Positions 10,507 to 24,238 of a stretch of 64,000 bases of DNA are shown one piece after another. Numbering within the stretch: position 1 is the first letter of the stretch; the number at the start of each line of letters is the position of its first letter. Under the pieces are notes generated by a model. That model saw only the letters and a list, made by a program, of their open reading frames with translations. It was not told the origin of the DNA and searched no databases. Source of the DNA: Orbicella franksi (taxonomy: Eukaryota); the NCBI GenBank assembly GCA_964199315.1, contig OZ116701.1, positions 21,018,001-21,082,000 on the forward strand, read 5' to 3'. Made by a program: the position numbers and the translations under genes.

Positions 10507-13500
10507 ACCCTTTGCGTGCTTTATTCCACTTTCAACTGCTCTGAATGCCTAATTATACAACCGCTTCCCCAATTTTACCAAAATGACGTGTTTATAGCTG
10601 TCTTTCGATTTTGTACAATTTAACACGGAAGGGAGTTATTGAATGATTTAAGAAAGCAGTTCATGGATATTCGCTTATTTGATATTGACGACAAGCCGCG
10701 GCCTTGTTGATTATTTGCTAATTGGTATACAAGGAGCGATATCAGTTCCTAGTCTGTGATGATATGTCTACAAGTTATATTCAATTAACACTTGCTACAG
10801 TGCAATCCACATAAGCAGACAATCCAAAATTGGTTTTGAATGGACTCAATCCTTTCTAGAACCGCAAAGACGAATACCAGTAAAAATAGGAAAAAAAACC
10901 TCGAGTCTTTTGATCCCGTGTAGCAACATTTATGGTAAATTCACCAGTATCAAATAAAGAAGTTGAGCTCGGAGATATACTTCTGGGAGATATCTTTGTT
11001 TCAAGCTGGCATTTTTAATCCTCTTTTAGTGAAAACAGTGTTCAAACTGTTATTTTATTTGACAATGATTTAAGAAGGCCGAATCGTCACATATCGCGAA
11101 ATTTGTCAGTGTAAAAATATATAATAAGTTTGTTTTAACAGTCACATATGTATGGAGCTACTAATATCACGAATTATTCAGAAAAATATTTAGTTATACC
11201 CTGCGTCGATAAAAACTCCCGAATAGCGTGAAACAAAAATATATAGCTACAATCGTTTGAATGTTACAACATGGTATGGTGACTAGTGTCGTTGCTGAGC
11301 ACAACTGGCACATTAAATGACATAAAACGTGATTCTTGTCAAGTACAGTGTGAAAATGTCTCCGTGTTTGCCTAATCTGCGACGAAGCCGAAGATGATTT
11401 ACTAAAAAAATCTTTTATCTATGTTAGTGACTGTCTTTCTACGCGGCTTTCGTTAAGATTATATCCCAAATCTTCTATTTTGTATAACTCTAGAATTTTC
11501 ATCTCACATTTTTATAATGACGATTAGATTTTTATTTCCCTGTTTCATTTCCCTTGGGCTTATCTATTTGATTTGTATACACATCATAGGCAAATAACTT
11601 CACCATCAAAGCCAGTGGGTTTTAAAAACAAACGTAATGTGTTGTGGGTTTTTTTATGTGTGTTCAGCGCGGGTCAGACAGTCTTGCCGTGCTTTCCATA
11701 TAATACTCCTCTGTTTTCCGAATTCAAGATTTCGCGTGCCCAGACCCAGGTCGGTTGTAAATGTAGCAAAAAACTACAAAGATAGTAGAATTTTGTAACC
11801 AATCACAGCTGGTAGTATTTATTGCTTTCAATGCAATTAAAATTGCTGTTAGTGAGTGTTTGAAATGATTCAGAATACGTGATTGTCCCTCATTTGAGTG
11901 ATCTGATTATGGAGAAAAGAAATTATATTCTTTGTAGACTGATGATTTTGTCGAAATCGGAGCTCGTGACATTAAATACACCTGTGGTTTATCTAAACTT
12001 TATCCTTCTGTAACACAAAAAACGAATTTAATCATACTCACAGTTGTTTCATAAGTTAGATGCTACACCCCCATCGTTGAATTCTGATTTAAGCTGGAAT
12101 CTCAAGAAAGGGAAGTTCGTGCAGATGACGAAAACCGCATGTCTTCCTAAAACAAATCACCGCGGGTGTCCTGTAGTTTATGAATAAATTTCAATAAAAC
12201 AAAATACGAGTATCCTGTCTGTACGCAGTTCTAATTATTCCGCCTTCTGGTTTGGTTTGGATCGGACAAGGCCAGGTTCACCACCAATTCAATCAACAAC
12301 TTTGTATCATTCAATGGACGAATCGAATGTGTAGAAGTCTCTTAATGGCGTGAAAGTATTGTTTCTGTTTACAAACCGCACGTTGTAGAAATACTTAAAT
12401 ATAAAAAAGTGACATAGACTCAGTTATTTTTAAATTTGGCTATGGATAATGTTCAGATAAACACACAATTGTTTGATGATATTAAGGATTGTAGATAAGG
12501 TAAAATTCATGTCTGTTTTTTTAAGCATCTTATTGACATATAACGTGAGTATTTTATCGGATATGAACATTACGAAGCTTAGCTGAAGGGATTTCTGAAA
12601 TTTTTCTCAGCGATGATTACCTTTTCAAAGTGCTGTGCTATTCAGAGCGCCTGATCACTGTCCAAACGCAAAATCGAAATGGGTCTGTAAATAAACTAGG
12701 AAACAACTGACAATATAACCGATTAATCAACAATACAAGCGAGCCTTACTATCGTAGTAGCCTTTTCCTTTCATTAAAACCCATTGAGAATTATTCAGAA
12801 AAAAAGAAAAACCAAGATATGCAAAAATCTTACCGCGCGATAGACTCTACTCGTGTTGGTCTTTTTGTTCGCGAATACTTTTTGCACAAATATTTGAAAT
12901 AATGTTTCGGGAAGTTGTCTCCTTAAGGACTGGTATCCAACCTCGAAAAAATGACAACATCGAACTGAAGTGAAATAAAGAATTACTGGTTGTTCTGGCA
13001 AATAGAAAACAATGAATTTATTTAAAATTTCGTATATTTTACCATCACAACTGTGGGTGGTCTTTATCTCTTTACAAGGGCATGCGCAAATCAGTAAGGG
13101 AAGAGAAAACGTAAATTTTAACAACAAAAGTCAATAAATGTGTGTTTTTTTGTATTTCGAGAGCTGATTCTGTATCTTACGCTTCTGATGCTGTAAAATC
13201 GTTAATATTCAGGATCCTAGAGTTGCAAGCTTAGATGCATGGTGGTCTATTCCCCCATAACAATTATCGCGCCATTATAAACATCTGGTTACTAGGTAAC
13301 CTCAAAGCAGTGTTTAGAAATAAATCGACAATGTACGCGACTTAACGTGATGTTAGCCGAAAACGCTTGCACGAGGTAATAATTTAAACGGCAAGCCTTA
13401 TCACAAATTTGCTGGTAGAATCGACGTTTCCCAAAGGAACAAAATGTGTTTCTAATAACTAGCCGGAAAAGGACATCTCTTGAAACTAATTGAACAATAG

Positions 13501-16500
13501 CTGCTAACATGTAATATAGCTTGCAATAAAAATGGCAAAGGCCGTGATTTATGTCTGTATATTAAGAATTTGACAACGTTTTACTGGGATTGTAACCTTT
13601 TGCCGGCAGCCGGCAGCAGCAATAAGTAATCCTAGAGCTGATCTTCTCCGTTTTCCACACTCTACAATAAGATAGGCCACAGGGAATCGAATGTTTTTTG
13701 TATCAGTAGAGAACTTGGAAACTTGCTGAATTGGAGGGACTTGTGAGATCAGTTGCCTTTAACGGTAAGTGAATGGAATCTTTGGCCTCCTTATACCATC
13801 TAAAATGTCCTACATTATGCGAGGCCCATGTTTATTTAACTAAACATATGTCAGGTGGTTATCGAGGCATTAATTATTCATAAATCATCAGTTTAAAATA
13901 AAATCTTACCAAAACTGAGAAATCAAACCGATAATATCCTGTTGAAGAGAGTTTAAAACCAACCCTATTTTAATTACAACGGACACAGTGACGTTTTTTC
14001 GTGTTTCGGTAAGAAATATTTTGTAGCTAGCATTTTTAAACACATTATCAGCTGGTATGCAATTTCAATAAAATGTTACTAACTTAAGCCGGCGGGCGGA
14101 GCGCGACATACAGGGCTGAAATTATCGCGTTAACCAAATAGTATTTATATCTTCCTATGGCGCATTGGAAGAGCAACCTGATTACAAACACTTTTTAGTC
14201 GCTTTTTCGTCACTGTTCATTATGTGACAGCTAAAATAACGCGCAAATAAAGCCTCTCCAAACTACAAGCCAAGCAAGTTCAGATTGAAACCGTAGCTTG
14301 TCTGGTTGTTTTGATATGAGTCTGCTGAGAAAACATTATGCGTACCTCGAGGAAATATTAAAAAGAAGATCTACGTATTATTGTGGCATTATTCAACTCT
14401 TACCGTGAGAATTGAGCCTGCTAGCTGAGATAGGTTCAGTGAAGCTAATGAGTCTAACCGCACCTTATGAAACACAGCTCTACTCGTCAGCACGCTTTTG
14501 TAGTTTTTATTTAAGCAAACAAACCTTTGAAATTTCTGATGCCCAGCGGGTATTTCGGAGAGCGCAGATGACTACAGTATCACTAATATTGCTAATTACC
14601 ATAATAAAAATCCAGAACACTTTTAAAATCTTAAGTATTAAACTGCTTAATACGCAAAGCACCCCATCTTCTCCGTTTTTGGTCGACTGAGTGATTAGAA
14701 ATCAAGCATTTATTCTCTGTCACTGAGAACCCAATAGTACTCCCGCTTGCCAAAGTGCTCTCCAAGTTGTGGGATTTTTGGAAATGATAGCATCTGCTAT
14801 TTTAGTTTTTCAAAAGATCAAGAGACTCAAAATTGATGAATTTTATTTTCCTCCCAGTGGGGTACTTCTCACTGTGAACAAAGCTTTAACTCCTGAAGTT
14901 TTAATGAACGAAAACCAGCCTCAAAGATGATATATACAATCGATGAAACCAACAAAATTTCATCTTAAGATATCGATTGTAAACTCGTCAACGAAAATTT
15001 GTTTTGTAGTGTTAGTTTCCGCCGGCCTTTGGTAAGTTACGTAAATCAGTCTTAGCCGTTGCTGAATATAAATGGCACTTAAATTTTCCGACATTTAGGA
15101 ACCTCAGGAAAAGATAAAAATTCAAACAGCTGCTGCTTAATTTTAAATAAATCTCGCAGTCTTGATCTATGTGGATTTTTCTTTGATAGCCCGATATCAT
15201 CCTTTCATTGAAAGGAAATTTAAAGCGGCAAACTCTTTTCTACTTTTTCTTGTGTAAATAGTTGGTCACCCGCAGTCCGAAGCAATTAACGTCGCCATTC
15301 TTTTTCAAATTTTCATTAAAACGTATATATTTGTGAAAGAAAAGTGGCGACCGCATTGAATTCGCGACAGCTATGAAAAGCCAAGGATTTTTCAAAGGTT
15401 TTAGATATAAATCTTGACCAAGCAAAATGCATTAGGCAATGTCAGCGAATCAATTTAACAATTTTAATTTTATCGCTCAATAGTCTTAGTTTAGCAGGTA
15501 AACACAACTATATGATAAAGCGATTAACAAAGAAAGCACAGATATTTTCTCACAGCCGTGGCTTCTTTATGGTGTTACAAATTTTGAGAAAATGATTACT
15601 TTGTGTTATAATCATGCAGCAGGCCTCTAAAGGAAGAGGGGCGTCGCTTTTGGTTCAAGGCGTAAATCGCACGCCGTTTTGCAATGAAAATCCGTAAACC
15701 TCACTGAACAAATTTTGTATGTAAAAGCATTTGACCAAACAGAACTGATAGAAGTTTTTTCAAACTTTGATCAGAAATTCAGTACTTTGAAAGTACACCA
15801 ATTTGGGTCAATGTATCAAAAATGTATCCTAACTCAGAGGATAAGGCTACTAGAATACAAGAAGATGACACTAATCCATTAAATATTGAGCTGGCTAATT
15901 TCATTTGATTTCCCTTAGCTCGGAGCAAGTTATAATTTTCATGGTACCACAGCACTATTTATGTGCCATCCGAGTAAGTGATCCGTAGGATGCACTTTCA
16001 GCGATGGCCACTGTCATCAAAGTTAGGAAATCATCGTCATATAAATACAGACGTTGTTTTAACAAACATAATTAATTTAAGAATGGGATATTAAATCTTT
16101 CACGCATGAAAACCTTTATATTTATAGAGGCAGTTTGACAAAACAAACGTGACAAGATGAACAATAGAAATCGGTTGAGACACTTGTCGCACCTTTTCTT
16201 TTGCAAGTTGTACCAGTTGATTTGTCATCTATGAAAAAAAAAATTGTCATCCTCTTTTGTCAACATAAGCTACCCTCACTACCATCGCATGTCTCCCAAC
16301 TGTATCGCTGTTCAGATTTATTCATACCTTGGTTACTTTCAAGCGTCACGCAATAGTTTTTGCTTCATTACGCAACACCTCATAAACCCTTTGCTACCTG
16401 TGTACACCTGCTACTGGAGCTGAGCTGAAGATGCGCGGCTGCAAATTATACAGCACGTAAGTCCCGGATGTTGTGTTGCCAGAGCAATCAGCCTCCCCCC

Positions 16501-16909
16501 ACTCCCCCTTGTCAGATATAAATAGACTATTTTCGTATTTTCTAATAAGATAATGCACTTTAAAGGTCTAGAAAAACTGCTGAACGCAATCGCGCTCGGC
16601 TTCTTAGTGCATCCACCAGCAGTATTTTTAGACCTAGAGTGTGCATTATATTCTGGAGAACATGGAACTCCATCTTCTCTTTGGTAAATCATTGTTTGTC
16701 ACACCCAGTCTGTTTTCATTCTTACGTCTATCTCAAATCACAGTTAGATTTCTAGTATAAACTATGAGCAGGAACGAAGTTTGAAGAAATCATGTTCTTC
16801 TTTCTGATGGAGTAGCTTCTCTTCCTAACAAAGACGGAATATTTCAGAGTAGATTATATACAGACACAGTCACCGCTGATTTACCATGTAAATACCTCTT
16901 GCTAACTGA

Positions 16910-17540
16910 GTTCAGGCCGAGATCAGACTAACGGACCGAGTTTTTTCCATCCAATTATGGCCTAAGCGCGAAGCGCGCGGGCCATAAATCGAAAGGGAAA
17001 AAAACGAGGATTCGTAACTTACAGTACGGACCGAGAAAACGAGGTTAGTAATATATTTATTATATCTCTACTGTGTGTCTGAAGGATTCGGGAACGATTT
17101 CTATTCACGCGGAACGGCTTCAAATTTCTGACGCACCTCGAAAGCAAAACGAGTCAATTTGAAATGGTAAAGTCGTTAGCACGACCAGGAGCCATAATCG
17201 GGGACGGAGACCGTAAGCGCGCGCCATTTCAAGTATTGGGGTTGTCCCCATGATATGGGACAATAATTCTATTTTTAGAACAGATTGCGCCATCGCCTGA
17301 GGCACACGCACGTACATGCTGCGAGGATTTTTGCGGATGTCGCGCGGGGGAAATGGCGTCCGAAATTCCCGAAATTTTTCATGTTTTTGGCCCACAACTC
17401 AATGCGTTTACGTCTGTTGGAATTTTTCTTAAGTATTTTCGTCGTAAGCTGCTCCAGTTTGAGCCGAGTGAAGTAAGACAGTGTCGAATTTAGGTATGTT
17501 CCGCTTCGAGCTTATATATATCGCTGACCAAGTTGTGTTC
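16910..17540. mobile_element. Non-autonomous interspersed repeat with central GCGC-GAA-GCGC hairpin
   Basis: tatggcc..gcgc-gaa-gcgc..ggccata palindrome at 16956-16987; 17180-17310 is homologous, inverted, to 18860-18955. Boundaries approximate. Confidence 0.55.
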
Positions 17541-18549
17541 CGACGGATGCTTCTTTTACATGAGCTGTACATTACTCCACTTTAAATTTCACATATGTTG
17601 AAGATTAACAGCTTTTCCATTACACAGCAACAAACCAGCTGGATATATTTAGATATAGCAGAGCTTTAGGACTTCATAGTTCCTAGCTCCTCTTGCCACA
17701 CGCTTGCGAGCAATTTGCCAGTCTATCGCGACTGAAAAGTAAAACAAAATAATTGCTAGTTTGGTCAGTTTGAGTTTCGCCTGAATTGTAAGCAACGCTT
17801 GCTGTTTCATCAAGGCCCAATAACTTTATGTCCGTAGATACTGCTCAGTTTTATTCGTGTAAAATTCCACTAAATTCTCTGTTGTCGATGAATGAGAGCG
17901 CCCGCCGATGCTTGTTTTGTACAGTCAGTAAACATGACAAATTGTACTTGCGCCGCACTTTCGTGTGAAAACGTACATCGAACTCAAACAATAACTCTAT
18001 AGTTTTTAAATATGTTTAAGATTGATAAATGTTTGATAACATATTAAAAGCTAAGCTGAAAATATGTGAATAAAGCAGAAATAATCAGCAAAGTTACATT
18101 GACGCTTTCTTTAATCAACTTCGAAAAACGATCTCGATTTTGTTGATCGAGTTATCAAAACTCCTTGTTTATATTCATTTCCGCAGTGTAAAACTTCACT
18201 ATGCTTATGTTGAAGAAACACACATGATGTTAGTAGCATTTTTTGCGTTCGTGAATTTTGTTGCAGCATCTCAGCACAAAAGATAACGAAAGAAATCTTT
18301 TTCAAGATTTGTTGACAATTGAAAACACCGACGCGGACTTGAAAGTGCACGAGCTGCACTATGCAAATGAGCTAATTGTACGGGTCAGACTTTCCTTTCA
18401 AAAACTTTTGCAAACTCACCAAACAAGCAGAAACAATAAGAAACCATCAAAACAGGTTTTGGTTATGATTAACCATTGTCTGAGAAACTCAAAAATTAAC
18501 TCGATACCAGAGTAGAGAGTTTTCTTGCTATACTCTTAAGTCAGAACAA

Positions 18550-19140
18550 ACGCAAAAACATACGCGTAAGCTTACAACTAGCGCGACCAGATCTTATTAT
18601 TCATTTCCAGCGCGAGATTGAAGTCTTGTTTTCGACCCTGGAAAACCCACCTTTTCCGTTAGCGCAGAGCATAAAACTACATATAAGCGCCCTGGTTCGT
18701 ATTCCCTGCCTTATTCCCTGCCATCGCTGTGAAAAATACCCAAGAGAATCTCTCAAGGTCTCTCAACTCTCACCATTTGATCACGCAACGTGACAACATC
18801 CACGCGAGAGCCCCGGACATGTGCGTGGATCCGCGCGGATATATGACGTCAGGATGGCGCAATTTGTTCTAAAAATAGAAAAATTGTCCCATATCATAGG
18901 TGCGCGCGGATCCCAAGACTTACGGTCTCCGTCCCCGATTATGGCTCCTGGCACGACACAATTTAAAGCAAAAGAAAGTTTTAAACATTTACTTGCTATA
19001 AAAGTTAAGAACACTTGGAGATGAATCACGAAACAGTTTGGCAACAAAAACAGCTTTAAATTTTAGCGGGCCGTCCAGTAGAGTACGGCCTGCTAAATTG
19101 ACCAATCACAGAACGTGTACTAACTGAGAGATATAATAAA
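18550..19140. mobile_element. Interspersed repeat related to the 16.9-17.5 kb element, opposite orientation
   Basis: Shares ttacggtctccgtccccgattatggctcctgg and ttgtcccatatcat blocks in inverted orientation; ends agagatataataaa. Left boundary approximate. Confidence 0.5.
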
Positions 19141-19182
19141 TGAACTTACATGGACTTGACTGAAATGTAAGACCGTGAAAAA

Positions 19183-19311
19183 CTGTTCTTAAGAACGAGA
19201 AAGCTGTCTCGTAAAAACTGGTTGAATAAGTTAATAATAAACTGTTCCTGTTCTTAAGAACGAGAAAGCTGTCTCGTAAAAATTGGTTGAATAAGTTAAT
19301 AATAAACTGTT
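19183..19311. repeat. Tandem duplication, 2 x ~65 bp
   Basis: ctgttcttaagaacgagaaagctgtctcgtaaaaa(c/t)tggttgaataagttaataataaactgtt at 19183 and 19248; one mismatch. Confidence 0.95.
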
Positions 19312-19373
19312 AGGGAGTACAAAAAATATTTTGAAATTAGACTGCGTGGAATGTACTAACGATTTAAACCTAT

Positions 19374-19633
19374 GTGAAGTATATATGAAATAATTCATAT
19401 TTGAACTGCGGTTGTAGATGAAAGTGAAGAATGATCATCGCAGTAAATTAAGTTGGAACATTTACTGCGATGATCATTCTTCACTTTCATCTACAACCGC
19501 AGTTCAAATATGAATTATTTCATATATACTTCACATCATTTCACTCCTCACGGGAAGATATGAACTAAATTAATTGATCTCGCTCCCAATGTGTGGCTTC
19601 ATAGCTCAGACGGTAGAGCATCGCACCGGTATC

Positions 19634-19667
<34 letters not shown>

Positions 19668-19742
19668 TGATTTTTTCAGGCTTCCTCTTTCCAATTGCTT
19701 AAATTGGAAAATTTACTGCGAGGATCATTCTTCACTTTCTTT
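19374..19742 (+). mobile_element. tRNA-containing non-autonomous retroelement-like insertion with inverted 5' extension and flanking direct repeat
   Basis: Perfect 77-bp inverted repeat (19372-19448 / 19460-19536); 251-bp unit with 36-bp terminal redundancy (19453-19488 vs 19704-19739); 13-bp flanking direct repeat gatttaaacctat (19361-19373, 19743-19755). Confidence 0.8.
19595..19667 (+). tRNA. tRNA-Thr(GGT)-like cloverleaf inside a repeat; probably not a decoding tRNA
   Basis: Acceptor GGCTTCA/TGAAGCC, D stem GCTC/GAGC, T arm ACGGG-TTCGAAT-CCCGT, A and B boxes, T-run at 19671; anticodon stem has an A-C mismatch and position 33 is C rather than U. Confidence 0.7.
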
Positions 19743-22700
19743 GATTTAAACCTATATAAATAATTTAATAAAAATGAATTTCACCCTATAGATTATTCTA
19801 AACGCTTATGAAATCCAGCAACAGAGAGTGTTAATAACCACAATGCCAAAATTCTAATCATGTTCATCTTCATATTCCCAAGAATAAAAAGACACTTTTG
19901 GAGTTCCAAGGGAGATTGAGTTTTATTATAGAGATAGAATGAAGGGTGTCACCGCCTTTTCTCTTTTCAAAGGAGCAAGCCAAATAGTCATTTGTCATCA
20001 AACCGCTATTTTATCATTGTGATTTAATCTTGTAAATGCAATATGGTTACAAATTTATCTTGAATACGCCGTACTAATTGCCAAAGTGATTCAAATGGGC
20101 CAGAAATTAGTTTAATCTACGTAACAATAACCCAGTTATCGTGGCGGATTTAAAAAGATATAATTTATCATCACCATCATCACAAAGAATTCTTACTTTA
20201 TAGGCCGGCTCTAACCACTCATTTCTCTGTATCTGTCACAATAGAAATTATTCAGTATTTCAGTAGCTTTTATTCCTTTCATGTTTACTCAGTCAACTCA
20301 CGCTCAGAAGATTTTTATCTCATGCACTCGCCATTCTTGTTATTTTTCTTTCTCATTTTTTTTATTTTTCTGTTTCAGCTTTTGAATAATGTTTCTTCAT
20401 TCATATTTGAAATTATTTCATTAAGGCAAGCTTCAAAAGAGAACATTTTGCGCCAATGAGATGAAGTGGTAAATTATGCAGCAAAATTGTTGATATCAAT
20501 CAAAATTTCTCGTTTTTTCAATAACTGCATAGACCTGTCGGACTACTGAAAAGTTTACTGTCATTGAAATGATTGTCTCTAAAGCACGATTCACAGACGA
20601 CTCGAAAGATTTTGTTTTGCGCTTTGACTCACAACACGGTTGTTACAAATTCTATAGAAGAACCTCTCCAAACTCTCGATCGATATCTTTGGTCACTTGC
20701 TCTTGAGCCAAACGATAATGATTTGTATTTACAAGCAGGGATTTATTGATCACTCCTGACAACGAAGTTGAATTTTGACGCCGTATAGAAGCAGCAGTAT
20801 TATTCAAAACATCATAATGGAATTCAGTCGCATATCCACAGAAACAGTGGCCAGTATTTTTACTGCAAGTTGTGGGATATTTAACTAGATCACCTCAACG
20901 CAGCACATCAAGTGTTTTTAGATTCTGTCTGCAGTTTACAAATCGGGGATCGTCAAATATCGACTGCAGAATTCAACAGCGAACAGATCAGACCGTTAAA
21001 CACAAGAAAGAACCTGAATCAGCGTTTGTTACCTGTTGTTGATTAATGAGCTGGATATATTGCTGACAGAGTAGTTTTCAACCCATAACTTCTGTGACGT
21101 TTTTCCTATGTTTTCCTAGTAAATTCAAGATAACTGTGGTTGCTACCGCCGATGATTATCTGATGCCCAGTCCGCAAAACACCGCGGTAAGTGATGGCTA
21201 GTGTAAATAAGTTTCCACCCAATATTAACATTGTTTTAATAAATATAGTTAATTTGAGAATGGAATATTAAAAAGTCCCAGTCTTTTGGGAAAACTAATC
21301 TTTGCATTATAACTATGCACGCGCAATAAGCTGTGTCAACAAACTTAATGACAATTTTGTGACAGTTTTATACGATAAGATGTCATATTTTTTGTCGACA
21401 TTTGCATTTTTAACAGATAACTTTCTGGGCCGGGACTACTCAGATGAAGTGTGCACTTTTCTTTGATCCAATGCTACACAAATATCTAATTATTTTAGTA
21501 AAATGTAGTAACATACAACATACCATACCATTCATAGAACTCCTGTATAATCAAATACGCGTCACACTGTGTACATTTATTACAACTGTGTTGAATATTG
21601 ATGAGCTTACATTCAAAGTCGGCTTTTCTGTAATTTCAAGATAAAAGCAAATGAAGCTGGCTCTTTTTCCGTGAGAAAATGTCCTTTATGATTTGTCAGG
21701 CATCTAACTTCATGCGAGATTCGGATAATAAAGCCTGAAAGCGGGATAAAATTTCACGATGAGATCGGAAAAGAAAAACTGTAGTCTTAAGAAACAAGTT
21801 TTTCCCAGCAAAATGAAAAACAATGCCTTACCATACTCTTTTCAGAAAAAAAACTAAATCTTTGAAACAGAGTTCAAATAAGCTGTTACAGCTAACTGAC
21901 ATAAAGCTTGCGCTCAGACGTTTCTCAAACTAAGATACATTTCAAAGCCCTGTTGCCACAGAGAAAAAGAGATTTTGCGCGCAGAAAATGAAATAACAAA
22001 GAAGCAAACTCATTTGGTCTCTGGCGTGGGGTAGAGAAAATGTGAGTCATTTTCTCACACACTTTTCCGCACGTCTCCGCACGTCTCCGCGACCTCTAAA
22101 CAAAGTACCTCCACTAATTTTAATAATAGCCCAATTTTCAATGCTAGATTTGTTTTATATTCTGGTTGTTGCTCAACCCAATCAAAGAGAAATACCTGTC
22201 AAGTTATGGTGGCAGCTATACTTTTGATTTTAAATATGTGGTGAGCTGATCAACATTTTAAAACTACTGCTCCAAATCAAGTGCGGGAAATCCAAGGATC
22301 TAAGACCTCATCGTTTCTAGCTGTCGGGAAAAAAATATACCGATTTTAGCAAGTTTTCTATGAAGACGTTTGAAACCTTTCTGACTTTTACTGTCCCATC
22401 AAAGAATAACAACAGCATTTCGAGAGTTCTTCTGCGGACAAGCTGGAGGGATGTACCATGTTGGGAAAATGAAGACCGCAGAAAGCCAGGTCTTGTTTTG
22501 ACCTGTGTCTACCTAATGTCAAACGAAACCTGAGTCATTCTCATGCGTGCTATTTGTAACGTCATCTGTGGTCTGAAATAGCTAGCCCATTCCTGGACTC
22601 GAGCTCCATTGCTAGGTAACGAGACTTCGAGTATTCAAAAATTGGATATGGCTTTTATTATTTTTTTATAACTTTAATCTTCGCTACTTCTATTACAGAA

Positions 22701-23359
22701 ACCTGTTATACTAGAAAAATAATACAAAATGGAATTACGTATGACTGATTGACAAAGACGTGATCAACACAGGGACTACCTAAACTGACCGACATTACAA
22801 GGCGTTTCAGAAGGCGTTTGAAAAGGAGACTGAAGTGCTTTGATTGTGGTTAACAGCTAATCCTGAATAAGTTCGATTTGAAAAATCTCAACTGGCATTG
22901 AATTGTGTGACATTGTTACATTAACTAACGATGAGAGGACTAGTAATGGAACGCAAACCAAATGAGCCATCATTCAATGTCAATAGACCACAGATTTTAA
23001 CTAAATGAGTTCCTGAAGAGTTAACTGACGAGTTCCTGAAGTTGAACATTTAAATGGAAAAGCTATTTATTCCCTTTTAAGCTTTGATAAAGCGACTTTC
23101 TTTAAACATGCATCTGAGTAAATGTAGTTGGCGCCCTCGTTGCGACGACGGTAGACGTGCCCTTGATGTAAACTGAAGTAATCTGCACAAATGGTAAGTG
23201 ACGTCACTCCATTGTCATGGGTGATTCGGTTCAGACATTTGACAACTCACTTGATGCAAGACAGACCAGTGAGCTAAAGGGAACGAGAGACTTGCTGTAC
23301 AGTAAGTCGTGTTTATCAGGTAGCTGAGCTGGTTACTCTCAATTACTTTGTTCTGTTCA

Positions 23360-23825
23360 AGCGATGGCCCACGAGTGAACGCAGCAAACGCGTAAGAAGA
23401 GATATTCCATATCCACAAGCAACCATGTATTATTTTGTTAAAACACAAACATAAGGATAACGACATTTTTGACGATTTTCTGAAGTTTTCTGACCACTTT
23501 CCGAAGATTTCCGAAGATTCTCTATAAGTTGTCCGAAGGCCACAAGAACGTTTCCGAACATTTTCCGAAAATTTCGGAAGATTACCAAACATTTCAGAAG
23601 ATAACCGAAATTTCCGAAGATTTTCGAGGAAGATCCGAACATGTTTCGATCATACACTAACAAATGTAAGTACAGTTTATGGGTCAAACATGATATCAAT
23701 GCAGTCATCCATATCTTCACTAGTGAGGATATGGAAAATACGCCAGTACAGTGCCGGATGTAAATTCGCATGAATTTTACAAGTGGTGTATTTTCCCGTT
23801 AAACCCTCGTCTCTATAATAAATAA
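23360..23825. mobile_element. Interspersed repeat with many internal TTCCGAAG-type sub-repeats
   Basis: About ten degenerate (t)tccgaa(g) motifs at 23499-23640; degenerate gtgaacgcagcaaacgc hairpin near 23370; ends ctctataataaa. Confidence 0.55.
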
Positions 23826-24238
23826 AATTATTTCATTTATACCAGAGTTTCAATAGAAGACAAATTTGTCGTACAAAAGTCTTCTCTGCCCTCCCAATGT
23901 AGAAAACAAGGGAGGAGAGGGGTCTGGGAAGAGAATATGCCCAGTGTATAAAGTGTTAGCGTGTTACACAAGCTGTGTCACCTTAATGTCAATAATCAGT
24001 ATCTATGCTATCAGTAAAATAATCAGATTTGTTGAGATATTTTATCAGCAAAGCTGTGAAAAGAAAAGACGAGGTTACCGACCATTTAAGAGAGTGAATT
24101 GCAGGCGAAGTAACTCAATATATCAGGAACTGAACTTTCTCAAGGTAATGGTGCCTGACTTTGCTGACTCCTAAATGACACGTTTTAAACCACACCTAGG
24201 TTCTAAGCAAAGAGTGAATTCTGAAAAGATACAGTAAT

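Noticed and set aside
19595-19667. Functional tRNA-Thr(GGT) gene
   Set aside because: C33, an anticodon-stem mismatch, an anticodon generally absent from eukaryotic Thr sets (AGT/IGU is used), and location inside a duplicated mobile unit.
21121-21187. Isolated exon-like segment (FKITVVATADDYLMPSPQNTA|gtaagt); similar at 40135-40205
   Set aside because: Splice-like ends occur by chance at this frequency; no partner exons or recognisable domain.
23005-23050. ctgaagag / ctgacgag as hammerhead cores
   Set aside because: No stem II followed by GAAA; just a short direct repeat of gagttcctgaag.
23499-23640. CRISPR-like array from the TTCCGAAG repeats (also considered for 55.7-56.2 kb)
   Set aside because: Repeats are short or degenerate, spacing is irregular, there are no unique constant-length spacers or cas genes, and the context is eukaryotic.
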